A stretch of 64,000 nt of DNA, taken from Burkholderiales bacterium (GTDB lineage: Bacteria; Pseudomonadota; Gammaproteobacteria; Burkholderiales; JAEUOS01). The notes under the pieces are model-generated. The model did no database searches, was not told where the DNA came from, and was given only the letters and a program-made list of their open reading frames with translations. Positions 51,586 to 60,169 of the stretch are shown here, piece by piece; position 1 is the stretch's first letter; each line of letters begins with the position of its first letter. A program made the position numbers and the translations under genes. The stretch lies in the NCBI GenBank assembly GCA_947473125.1, contig CANJDH010000003.1, positions 3,427 through 67,426 of the forward strand, in the 5' to 3' direction.

Positions 51586-53355
51586 TCAATCGGCGAGGGG
51601 CGCGTTGGTCAACACAATGCGCACTCCGCCAGGACGATTCTCGGCGATGGACAAGCGATAACCCAACTCAATGGCTTTGCTCGCAAGCTGGTAAAGGCCT
51701 ATGCCCAACCCGTCGCGTGAAGCAACCGGCGCAATAAAAAGGCGCGCGGCCACCGAGGGCTCGATCTCCGCCCCATCATCCTCAACCGCCAATTCGATCG
51801 AGCTCGCCTCGCATGTCAGGGAGACGCGTATCTGCAGGTCGACCTTGTTCGAGCGTTTGCGCAGCGCGTTGCTAATCAGATTGTCTGCTGCGCTGTCGAA
51901 TAAGGACTCAGCGATCGGCAAGTTGGTTTCGATGCCCGCAGAGTGAAACCGTATATCGTCGCGCTGATGCCTTTTGCGCATCGATATCCACCATGTTTGC
52001 AGGCGCAGCATACGCTGGCTGTCCGTGGAAGGTGCCTGCAGTTTGGTGATGGTGGCTCCAAGGCGCTGCGCTATCGCAGGCAGCTGGCGCCCAATCAATT
52101 TGCGTACTTCGCCCTCACCTTCGACATAGTTGACCGCTTCGATGAGCCCGTTGAGTGATTGCAGCAGGTTCTTGACATCATGCGTCAGGCGCGCGCCGGT
52201 TTCGTGCACCGCACGCAGGTAATTTTGTTGGACCAGTTTGGCTTCGCGCGCCTTGGCCCAATGAAACTCGGCAGCAAGACCGATCAGCAGCCGGAAATGC
52301 CATAAGAAGGCAGGCGACAACACCTCGCGGGTACGCAGCAGCACCTCGATTTCCCGGGACGAGTCATTGCCCTGCTCCTGGATCGCTATGCGCACCGCAT
52401 CGCCCCCTTCGGTCGCGCCGAATCGCCCGTCCATTCCTGCGCCGCGCCACTCGGCTCCGGCAACAATCGCCAACGCGCCCAGGGCACGCATTGCACCATT
52501 GAAAAAATCCGCAGGGTCCGTCTCTTCGCGGTGCAGAGCCGTCAGCTTGTCCAGCCACACTTCGTAAGGCAAACCAAACGAAAGCAGGTAGCGTGACAGC
52601 AGCGCGGGCAACACGCCCGCGCCCGCGCCGCCCGCGCCGTCGCCCTGGTCAAAACGTGCCGAAAGCCACGAAAAGGCCAGCAGCAGGGAGCTGATGAATA
52701 TCAGCGTGATCGCCATGCTTTCGAGGTAGCCGAGCTGACTTAACGCCATCAGGGAGATGCCAAAAAAAGTAACCAGCAGCAACAGACCAACGACCCAGGC
52801 GGTGTAAACCAGGTCGTAAGGAGCGCCCACGCCGGTCTCTGCAGTCTCTGCATCCCTTTTACCCCCGGCAGCCTGATCACCACGCCATGCCATTGCGCCC
52901 AGAACCAGAAGGGCCGCAGCCAGGCCCCGCGTCAGCCATTCACGCGCGATGGCTCCGGGCAAACCATTGCGCAGGTGCGCTGGCAATAGCGCCGGCACCA
53001 CCAGCAGGAACAGCAACACCACCAAAAACCCCAGCGCAGCGAGGTAGAAGCGCCGCTCTGCGCGGGGGGCCAGCATGGTGATGCGGCCGGCCGTCAGGCC
53101 TGTCAACAGTACGCTCCAGCCCAGCAGCACCCATGCGCTGAGCAATGCAGAGAGCAGTGCGCCGGAGATCGCGATGCTGGCAATTTGCACAGTGGAAAGC
53201 TTGAGGCGCTGCGGGATCACCGGCTGCCACAGCAACACCGCGCCGATATGAGCAAAGAAGAACATGGGCCGCCAAACCGCATTGTCGTAGGCAGCCGGCG
53301 CAAACAGCAGCGCCAGAGCGAGCACCAGCGCACGATTGCGATAGCGATCAATCAT
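51586..53355 (-). CDS. multi-TM sensor histidine kinase (PrsK-like H-box)
   Basis: About 7-8 hydrophobic segments; H-box ARLTHDVKNLL, N-box NLISNA, G1 EDDG and G2 GLGIGLYQ; start uncertain (53355 or 53391). Confidence 0.9.
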   Translation of the reverse strand: MIDRYRNRALVLALALLFAPAAYDNAVWRPMFFFAHIGAVLLWQPVIPQRLKLSTVQIASIAISGALLSALLSAWVLLGWSVLLTGLTAGRITMLAPRAERRFYLAALGFLVVLLFLLVVPALLPAHLRNGLPGAIAREWLTRGLAAALLVLGAMAWRGDQAAGGKRDAETAETGVGAPYDLVYTAWVVGLLLLVTFFGISLMALSQLGYLESMAITLIFISSLLLAFSWLSARFDQGDGAGGAGAGVLPALLSRYLLSFGLPYEVWLDKLTALHREETDPADFFNGAMRALGALAIVAGAEWRGAGMDGRFGATEGGDAVRIAIQEQGNDSSREIEVLLRTREVLSPAFLWHFRLLIGLAAEFHWAKAREAKLVQQNYLRAVHETGARLTHDVKNLLQSLNGLIEAVNYVEGEGEVRKLIGRQLPAIAQRLGATITKLQAPSTDSQRMLRLQTWWISMRKRHQRDDIRFHSAGIETNLPIAESLFDSAADNLISNALRKRSNKVDLQIRVSLTCEASSIELAVEDDGAEIEPSVAARLFIAPVASRDGLGIGLYQLASKAIELGYRLSIAENRPGGVRIVLTNAPLAD

Positions 53356-53503
53356 GGGCGCGCCCAGAAGTGTGACGTTATTGAGTTGCATGACGGTGCC
53401 AAGCATACCGCGCTGCGCGAATTCACGCGTCGCTCGCACCGAAAAGAGCAGGCTGCCGTTAAAATCCATCTGCACGCTCACCGTCAACCGGAATCTTCAA
53501 CCC

Positions 53504-54280
53504 ATGTCGTATTTGCCAGGCACATCGACCATCGCACGGTTTGCGCTCGTTGAGGCCCTCCGCGGCAAACTGGCGCTGGCGGTGGTTGCAGTGGCGGTGC
53601 TCGGGCTTGGGGTCGCGCTGTTTCTGGGGGAAATGGCGATTACCGAAGCGGCGCGCATCCAGGGCACGGCGCTGGCGGCATTCAACCGGATGGCGGCGGC
53701 CCTCCTGGTTGTCAGTTTTGTCATTTCGGGGATCAGCCGTGAGCAAGCCGACAAGGGCCTTGAGATGCTCCTTGCGCAGGCCATCCCGCGCGCCAGCTAT
53801 GTGATCGGCAAATTGATCGGTTACACCTTGCTGGCATGGCTTGCGGCATTGGTGTTTTGCGCGCCCCTGCTGATATTCGCCCCAGCATTGAACGTCGCAG
53901 CGTGGGGCATATCGCTGGCGCTGGAACTTACTCTGGTGGCAGCGGCGGCACTGGCCTGCTCGCTGGTCATCGGACAAAGCGCTCTGAGTATGCTGATGGT
54001 GGCCGCGTTCTATACGCTGAGCCGGGTAATGGCGAGCATTCTGGCCATCACATCAAGCCCGGTTGGATCGATCGGTTCGCCAAGCTTCAAGACCATGGGT
54101 TGGTTCATGGGCGGGTTGGCGGCGTTGCTACCGGGATTTGACCGTTTTGCCTCCGCAGCCTGGCTCTGGGAAGGCAGCGCCGTGTGGTCGCATCTACCTG
54201 CGCTCCTGATTCAGTTCGTGATCTACCTGCCGCTGCTCGCTGGGGTGGCGCTGTTCGACTTCTACCGAAAAGACCTGTGA
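53504..54280 (+). CDS. ABC-2-type permease (PilI-like in the Myxococcus sense)
   Basis: IARFALVEALRGK and SREQADKGLEMLLAQAIPRASYVIGKLIG signature; 6 TM; start ATG 53504. Confidence 0.82.
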   Translation: MSYLPGTSTIARFALVEALRGKLALAVVAVAVLGLGVALFLGEMAITEAARIQGTALAAFNRMAAALLVVSFVISGISREQADKGLEMLLAQAIPRASYVIGKLIGYTLLAWLAALVFCAPLLIFAPALNVAAWGISLALELTLVAAAALACSLVIGQSALSMLMVAAFYTLSRVMASILAITSSPVGSIGSPSFKTMGWFMGGLAALLPGFDRFASAAWLWEGSAVWSHLPALLIQFVIYLPLLAGVALFDFYRKDL

Positions 54281-55023
54281 GTCGATTGTTACCGACTTGG
54301 CTGCGTCGGGACCAACGACGCCTTTCACTGGTGCCGATTCCGGTAGTGTTAATCCTGGCCTGCGCCCTGCTGTGGCAGACCATCTGGTCTGCGATGTATC
54401 CGCGCACGCACCCAGGCGCGGAAGACCTTACCGAGCCACCATCGGCAGCATCGATCCGCGTATCGAGCCTCGACGAGTCGGTAGCCTATGCCAAGCTGAT
54501 GAACCTGACCCTTCAGGCCCATGACAACCAGCCCGGGATCAGCCTGCCTTTTCGTCACCTCGATTACGTGCGCATCGAAGCGTGGCTGGGACGCATACTC
54601 GAGCTGGACCCGACGGGGCAGTACCCGCTGCTCGCGGCCAGCCGCCTTTACGGAACCGTGGACGATCCGGTCCGCCAGCGGCGCATGCTCGATTTTGTGC
54701 AGCGCCAGTTTCTGGCCGATCCCAACCAGCGCTGGCAGTGGATGGCTCATGCCGCTTACGTGGCCCGTCACCAGTTGCGCGATCTGCCTCTGGCTGCGCG
54801 TTTCGCGGAATCGTTGCGCTTGCATGCCACCAGTCGGCAGGTGCCGGCCTGGGCGCGCCAAATGGAAATCTTCCTGCGTGCCGACATGAACGAATTTGAC
54901 ACCGCAAGGGTGCTGCTTGGCGCTCTTTTGGCGAGTGGGCAGGTAACCGACCCGTCGGAATACCGGTTCCTGGCCGGGCGCTTGACGGAGTTGGAGACTC
55001 GGAGAGGCCCCGCCGGAAAGTGA
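54277..55023 (+). CDS. membrane-anchored alpha-helical (TPR-like) hypothetical protein
   Basis: GTG 54277 overlaps the permease stop; one N-terminal TM; helical repeats (WLGRILELDP). Confidence 0.7.
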   Translation: MSRLLPTWLRRDQRRLSLVPIPVVLILACALLWQTIWSAMYPRTHPGAEDLTEPPSAASIRVSSLDESVAYAKLMNLTLQAHDNQPGISLPFRHLDYVRIEAWLGRILELDPTGQYPLLAASRLYGTVDDPVRQRRMLDFVQRQFLADPNQRWQWMAHAAYVARHQLRDLPLAARFAESLRLHATSRQVPAWARQMEIFLRADMNEFDTARVLLGALLASGQVTDPSEYRFLAGRLTELETRRGPAGK

Positions 55024-55037
55024 CGGAGTTTCGTCAC
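55020..55037 (+). promoter_or_regulatory. candidate enhancer (bEBP upstream activating sequence)
   Basis: Inverted repeat GTGACG-gagttt-CGTCAC about 100 bp upstream of the sigma54 site; a degenerate copy TGACG-N6-CGACA follows at 55041-55056. Confidence 0.55.
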
Positions 55038-55116
55038 CTTTGACGCCGTTACGACATCGTACCTCCAGCTTAACCTGGAATTTCGCGAAAAACTGGCCGT
55101 TTGGCGTTAAAATAGA

Positions 55117-55129
55117 TATCAATGGTTTG
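55117..55129 (+). promoter_or_regulatory. IHF site
   Basis: TATCAATGGTTTG matches WATCAANNNNTTR and lies between the enhancer and the -24 element. Confidence 0.65.
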
Positions 55130-55143
55130 GCACGCCGCTTGCA
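55128..55143 (+). promoter_or_regulatory. sigma54 (-24/-12) promoter of the major pilin
   Basis: TGGCAC-GCCGC-TTGCA, consensus GG-N10-GC, 70 bp upstream of the pilin ATG. Confidence 0.9.
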
Positions 55144-55212
55144 ATAGCAGTCTTAGAACACGTTTTATTCCTTTAGCCCATAGATAAGTATCACAGCCCA
55201 AGGGGGGTTAGC

Positions 55213-55914
55213 ATGCGCAAACAGCACGGATTTACACTGGTTGAAATTGCCATCGTTCTGGTCATCATCGGCCTGCTGCTTGGCGGCATCCTGCGCGGCC
55301 AGGAGCTGATCCAGAACGCTCGCGTACGCAACATCATCGATCAGCAAAATGGCATCAAGGCGGCATTTTTCGGTTTTCAGGATCGCTTTCGTATGATTCC
55401 CGGTGATTTGACCGCCGCGCAGATTGCGCAAGTGGGTTCCGGCGTGATTGTCGCCAGTGCGGCAGGAAACGGCCAGATTGACGCTGCTGACGCCGCTGCC
55501 GCCTTCCAGAACATCACCATCACCGGCTTTATCAGTTGTCAGACCTGCAATGCCGCAGCGGCGGCGGCGTCTTCCGCGGTCAACAGCCCGGTCAACGTGT
55601 ATGGCGGCGTGTTGCAGTTGGTCACCGATACCGTCTATTCCACTCCGACGCAGATTTTGCCCGGCGACGGCCAGATCCGCCACAATATCAAGACCGGCAA
55701 TCTGATTCCCTCCAACGTGTTGTACGAAGCCGACGTCAAGGTTGATGACGGTGTTCCGAACGGCGGGCAGTTCCGCTTCAGCAACTGGATGGCTGCGGGC
55801 GGTGTGGCGCCCACGGTGGCCTGCGAGAACGGCGCGGTCAGCGCAACCACGCCGTGGCAGACCACGGCAAACAACTTCGAACTCAACTGCGGGGCGGCGA
55901 CACTGATCAATTGA
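55213..55914 (+). CDS. large type IV prepilin, probable major pilin
   Basis: MRKQHG|FTLVEIAIVLVIIGLLLGG; strong RBS, own sigma54 promoter and terminator. Confidence 0.9.
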   Translation: MRKQHGFTLVEIAIVLVIIGLLLGGILRGQELIQNARVRNIIDQQNGIKAAFFGFQDRFRMIPGDLTAAQIAQVGSGVIVASAAGNGQIDAADAAAAFQNITITGFISCQTCNAAAAAASSAVNSPVNVYGGVLQLVTDTVYSTPTQILPGDGQIRHNIKTGNLIPSNVLYEADVKVDDGVPNGGQFRFSNWMAAGGVAPTVACENGAVSATTPWQTTANNFELNCGAATLIN

Positions 55915-55941
55915 TTTCCGCCTGACTGTTCTTCGCAGTGC

Positions 55942-55971
55942 AAAAAGCCCGCCCCCGTAGCGGGCTTTTTT
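55942..55971. terminator. bidirectional intrinsic terminator
   Basis: AAAAAGCCCGC-ccccgta-GCGGGCTTTTTT between the pilin and kef genes. Confidence 0.88.
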
Positions 55972-57946
55972 ATGCCGCACCTCCGAGCAGGCGGTTTTCA
56001 GCACGTGCAATCGGCTCCGGCAAGCCCTTGAGAACCACCACGTCGCCGGACTCCAGGACCAGTGCTGCGTGGGCATCGGTGTTTTGCGCGGCGCGCCGGC
56101 GTATCGATACGACTTCCACGGCGTCCTGGTACAAACCGACCTGGTCAAACGTCTTGCCCACCGCAAAAGCGCCGGCTGGCAGCGGCACCGAATGCAGGCG
56201 CAAGTGCTCACGCTCGGTGAGGTCCTCGGCATCATCGCTGGCGCCGTGGAAAAACCCGCGCAGAAGGCCATAGCGCGAATCGCGCACCGCCCTGACGCGC
56301 TTTACGACCCGGCCAAGCGGGACGCCTGCCAGCAGCAGCGCGTGCGATGCCAGCATCAGGCTCGACTCGAGCGCCTCAGCCACCACTTCGGCGGCGCCAG
56401 CCGCGCGAAGCTTGTCCATCTCGCCGTCATCCTTGACGCGCACCACCACCGGAAGGCCCGGCCGCACCTCGTTCACATGGTGCAGGATGCGCATCGCCGA
56501 GGTGGTGTCGGCATAGGAAATCACCACGGCCTGGGCGCGCATCAGTCCTGCGGCGATCAGCGATTCGCGCCGGCTGGCGTCAGCGTATACCACCGCATCC
56601 CCCGCCGCCGCCGCATCTCGGATGCGTTCCGGGTCGAGGTCAAGCGCCATGTACTCAACCCCTTCGGCAGACAGCAGCTTGGCAAGCGCCTGCCCATTTC
56701 GGCCATAGCCGCAAATAAGAACATGCCGGCTCGACTTCAGGGTGCGGGTGGCCAGTTGCGTCAGCTCCAGGGATTTCATCATCCATTCGTCGCGTGCAAA
56801 ACGCAGGGCAATGCTGTCGCTCATGGCGATCAAAAAGGGAGCCGCCAACATGGACAGGAGCATGGCGGCAAGAATCGCATCCATCAACTGCGCATCCACC
56901 AATTTGAGGCCGCCCGCCTGTGCGAGCAGCACGAAGCCGAATTCGCCGGCCTGTGCCAGAGCCAAAGCGGTACGGATTGCCGTTCCCTGCGGCCGTTTGA
57001 AGGCGCGCCCGAGGAGGGCCACGATCACAAATTTGGCTCCTACCGGAATCAATGTGAGGAATAACACCAGGCCGAATTGCGCCGCCACGGAACGCACGTC
57101 GAGCAGCATCCCGATGGTGACAAAAAACAATCCCAACAGCACATCGCGAAACGGCTTGATGTCCTCTTCCACCTGGTGCCTGAATTCGGTCTCGGAAATG
57201 AGCATGCCAGCCACAAAGGCCCCCAGAGCCAGCGACAACCCGGCCAGCTCCGTGATGTAGGCAAGGCCAAGGGTCAGCAGCAGCAGGTTCAGGGTAAACA
57301 GCTCGGTAGAGCGGCGCCGCGCCACTACCATGAGCCAGGCGCGAATCGCACGGCGCCCGGCAAACAGCAAAATGGCCAGCACCAGGGCGGCCTTGGCCAA
57401 GGCCACGGCAAGCGTCGCCGCCAGATTCTCCGGAGCCTGCGCCAGGGCCGGCACCACCACCAGAAAAGGTACCACGGCCAGGTCCTGGAATAGCAAAATG
57501 CCCATCACGTCGCGCCCGTGCGCCGACTCAAGCTCGACCCGCTCTGACAACAACTTGACAACGATGGCCGTCGACGACATGGCCAGCGCACCACCCAATG
57601 CAACGCCAGCTTGCCAACCCAGCCCCATCGCCAGCGCAGCGCCAACCCCTACAAGCGTCGTCACCAGAACCTGCGCAAAACCGAATCCGAACACGGTCGC
57701 GCGCATCGCCATCAGTCGCGGCAGGTTGAATTCTAGCCCGATCGAAAACATCAGGAACACAACCCCAAACTCGGCCAGATAGCGCGTCTCCTGCACATCG
57801 GGCACGAGGCCGATGGCGTGGGGCCCGATCAGGATGCCGGCCAGCAGGTACCCCAGCAGTGGCGGCAACTGCAGCTTTCGCGCCAGGGCCACCACGGCCA
57901 CAGATGCGGCCAGAAAAATCAGGACAATTTCGAGGGTGTTGGGCAT
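55970..57946 (-). CDS. CPA2/Kef-family cation:proton antiporter with TrkA-N and TrkA-C domains
   Basis: AEFGVVFLMFSIGLE, GILLFQD, KPFRDVLLGLFF, GEFGFV and GYGRNG. Confidence 0.93.
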   Translation of the reverse strand: MPNTLEIVLIFLAASVAVVALARKLQLPPLLGYLLAGILIGPHAIGLVPDVQETRYLAEFGVVFLMFSIGLEFNLPRLMAMRATVFGFGFAQVLVTTLVGVGAALAMGLGWQAGVALGGALAMSSTAIVVKLLSERVELESAHGRDVMGILLFQDLAVVPFLVVVPALAQAPENLAATLAVALAKAALVLAILLFAGRRAIRAWLMVVARRRSTELFTLNLLLLTLGLAYITELAGLSLALGAFVAGMLISETEFRHQVEEDIKPFRDVLLGLFFVTIGMLLDVRSVAAQFGLVLFLTLIPVGAKFVIVALLGRAFKRPQGTAIRTALALAQAGEFGFVLLAQAGGLKLVDAQLMDAILAAMLLSMLAAPFLIAMSDSIALRFARDEWMMKSLELTQLATRTLKSSRHVLICGYGRNGQALAKLLSAEGVEYMALDLDPERIRDAAAAGDAVVYADASRRESLIAAGLMRAQAVVISYADTTSAMRILHHVNEVRPGLPVVVRVKDDGEMDKLRAAGAAEVVAEALESSLMLASHALLLAGVPLGRVVKRVRAVRDSRYGLLRGFFHGASDDAEDLTEREHLRLHSVPLPAGAFAVGKTFDQVGLYQDAVEVVSIRRRAAQNTDAHAALVLESGDVVVLKGLPEPIARAENRLLGGAA

Positions 57947-58017
57947 CAGGGGCCGCCTCTCTGCAATCTTGATGCCAACTACGGATTGCGGCGAGCGCGT
58001 TTGCTATACTCGGGCAG

Positions 58018-59028
58018 ATGATAGCGGCACCCAAGACAATCGGCCAAGCTAGGGATCGAGCCGGCGCAGAAACGCTGGAGCTCGCCCGCGAAGTACTGCG
58101 TATCGAGGCGGCAGCCGTGAGCCAGATGGAGCATCGTATCGACGGGGCCTTCGCCCACGCGGTGGATATGCTTCTGGCCTGTAGTGGCCGCGTGGTTGTA
58201 TCGGGAATCGGCAAGTCGGGGCATATCGCGCGCAAGGTGGCCGCGACGTTCGCCTCCACCGGGACCGCCGCATTCTTTGTTCACCCGGCCGAGGCAGGTC
58301 ATGGCGATCTGGGAATGATCACTGGGCAGGACGTGATGGTGGCTTTCTCGAATTCCGGTGAAACTGCCGAACTCATGGCCATCCTGCCGGCGGTAAAGCG
58401 CCTCGGAGCCGGCTTGATCGCGCTGACCGGAAACCCGGGCTCGACCCTCGCAAAGCTGGCAAACGCACATATCCATACCGGTGTCGACAAGGAAGCCTGC
58501 CCCCTCAACCTGGCGCCGACCGCAAGCACCACGGCACAACTTGCCATGGGAGACGCCTTGGCGGTCGCTGTTCTGGACGCCCGGGGATTCAGCGCCGAGG
58601 ATTTCGCCCGCTCCCACCCGGGCGGCACGCTTGGTCGCCGCCTGCTTACCCGAGTGAGAGACGTCATGCGTGGCGGCACGGCAATGCCGATCGTTTCAAG
58701 CGACGCGACCCTTGCCCAAGCGGTTCTCGAGGTGAGCGCAAAGCGCATCGGCATGACGGCCGTTCTCAACGACGACGGCAGCATCGCCGGCGTGTTTACC
58801 GACGGCGACCTGCGCCGCGCCCTGGTGCACGGCGCAGACTTCAAATCTGCCCGAATCAAGGAATTGATGACCACTGCTCCAGCGGTGATTGACGCCGACG
58901 CCCTTGCTGCCGAGGCGGTACACCTGATGGAAACACGCAAAGTGAACCAGCTGCTGGTGATCGACGCGAACGGCGATCTTGTAGGCGCATTGAACATGCA
59001 CGACCTGTTTCACGCCAAAGCCATATGA
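58018..59028 (+). CDS. kdsD: arabinose-5-phosphate isomerase (SIS + CBS)
   Basis: GIGKSGH, HPAEAGHGDLG, EACPLNLAPT and HPGG. Confidence 0.95.
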   Translation: MIAAPKTIGQARDRAGAETLELAREVLRIEAAAVSQMEHRIDGAFAHAVDMLLACSGRVVVSGIGKSGHIARKVAATFASTGTAAFFVHPAEAGHGDLGMITGQDVMVAFSNSGETAELMAILPAVKRLGAGLIALTGNPGSTLAKLANAHIHTGVDKEACPLNLAPTASTTAQLAMGDALAVAVLDARGFSAEDFARSHPGGTLGRRLLTRVRDVMRGGTAMPIVSSDATLAQAVLEVSAKRIGMTAVLNDDGSIAGVFTDGDLRRALVHGADFKSARIKELMTTAPAVIDADALAAEAVHLMETRKVNQLLVIDANGDLVGALNMHDLFHAKAI

Positions 59029-59576
59029 TGCAAAGCGCCAGCCCCCCCATCACGCCGGCTTTGCTTGCGCGAATCAAGCCGCTGAAATTGATGGCGTTTG
59101 ATGTCGATGGCATTCTCACCGACGGGCGACTCTACTATGCAAATGATGGCGCTGAATCCAAAAGCTTCCATACGCACGACGGTCAAGGGGTGCGCCTGCT
59201 GCGCGACGCAGGGTTGAAGATTGCACTGATTACCGCGCGGCGGTCCGAATTGGTGGAGCGCCGCGGACGCGAATTGGGCGTTCACTTTTGCCTGCAAGGC
59301 ATTGAAGCCAAGCAGCAGGCCTTTGAGGATGTGCTGGACGAACTGAAGCTCAAGCCCGGGCAGGCTGGTTACATGGGCGACGACTTGCTCGATTTGCCGG
59401 TGCTGACCCGCGCCGGTTTCGCCGCGACGGTGCCGGCGGCACCTGCGGAAGTGCAATTGCACTCCCATTACGTTACCCGCCGAAGTGGCGGGGACGGCGC
59501 CGTGCGCGAAATATGCGAACTGATCTTGCGCGGGCAAGGCGCGTACGACAAACTGGTCGCGGAGTACTTCAAATGA
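59025..59576 (+). CDS. kdsC: KDO-8-phosphate phosphatase
   Basis: FDVDGILTDG, MGDDLLD and GAVRE. Confidence 0.95.
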   Translation: MMQSASPPITPALLARIKPLKLMAFDVDGILTDGRLYYANDGAESKSFHTHDGQGVRLLRDAGLKIALITARRSELVERRGRELGVHFCLQGIEAKQQAFEDVLDELKLKPGQAGYMGDDLLDLPVLTRAGFAATVPAAPAEVQLHSHYVTRRSGGDGAVREICELILRGQGAYDKLVAEYFK

Positions 59577-60169
59577 ATCTGCTGCAACGCAGGTCGATTG
59601 GCGCAGTGCTGCCGCTGGCGATTCTGCTGTTGCTGGCCATGCTCACATTTTGGCTCGATCGCACAGTTGAACTCAATTCGACCAAGACCGCCAGCCCGCT
59701 TACGCACGAACCGGATTACATCGTCGACAATTTCGTGATCAAGCGCCTCAGCGATGCGGGTGAGCCGCGTTACCTGCTCTCGTCAAAGCGCATGTTGCAC
59801 TTTCCCGACGACGACTCTTCGCACCTTGAAGCGCCGAAACTGGTGCAGGGGCAACCGGGCAGCACGGAAACGCGCGTCTCTGCAAAGCGCGGAGTCGTGT
59901 CGGCGGATGGCAAAGAGGTCAAGTTGTACGAAAGCGTTGAGCTCTTTAAAGCCGGGGAAAGGACGCCGCAGGGACAGACCAGCGACATGCGCGTACGCAC
60001 CGAGTACCTGCGCGTGGTACCCGACGATGACAAGGCTGACACGCCTCAGCGGGTGCTCATCGAGCAGGGCAAGACGCTGCTCTCGGGAACCGGGATGGCT
60101 TTCGACAACCGCTATCGAAAAATCGAGCTCCAGTCCGCTGTGAACGGAACGTTCGAACGTAAAAAATGA
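59573..60169 (+). CDS. lptC: LPS export protein LptC
   Basis: N-terminal TM, HEPDY and a beta-jellyroll; position between kdsC and lptA; start ATG 59573. Confidence 0.88.
   Translation: MNLLQRRSIGAVLPLAILLLLAMLTFWLDRTVELNSTKTASPLTHEPDYIVDNFVIKRLSDAGEPRYLLSSKRMLHFPDDDSSHLEAPKLVQGQPGSTETRVSAKRGVVSADGKEVKLYESVELFKAGERTPQGQTSDMRVRTEYLRVVPDDDKADTPQRVLIEQGKTLLSGTGMAFDNRYRKIELQSAVNGTFERKK

Noticed and set aside
53386-53402. Minus-strand TTGGCACCGTCATGCAA upstream of the sensor kinase, resembling a sigma54 promoter
   Set aside because: GG-to-GC spacing is 9 nt, not the strict 10 nt.
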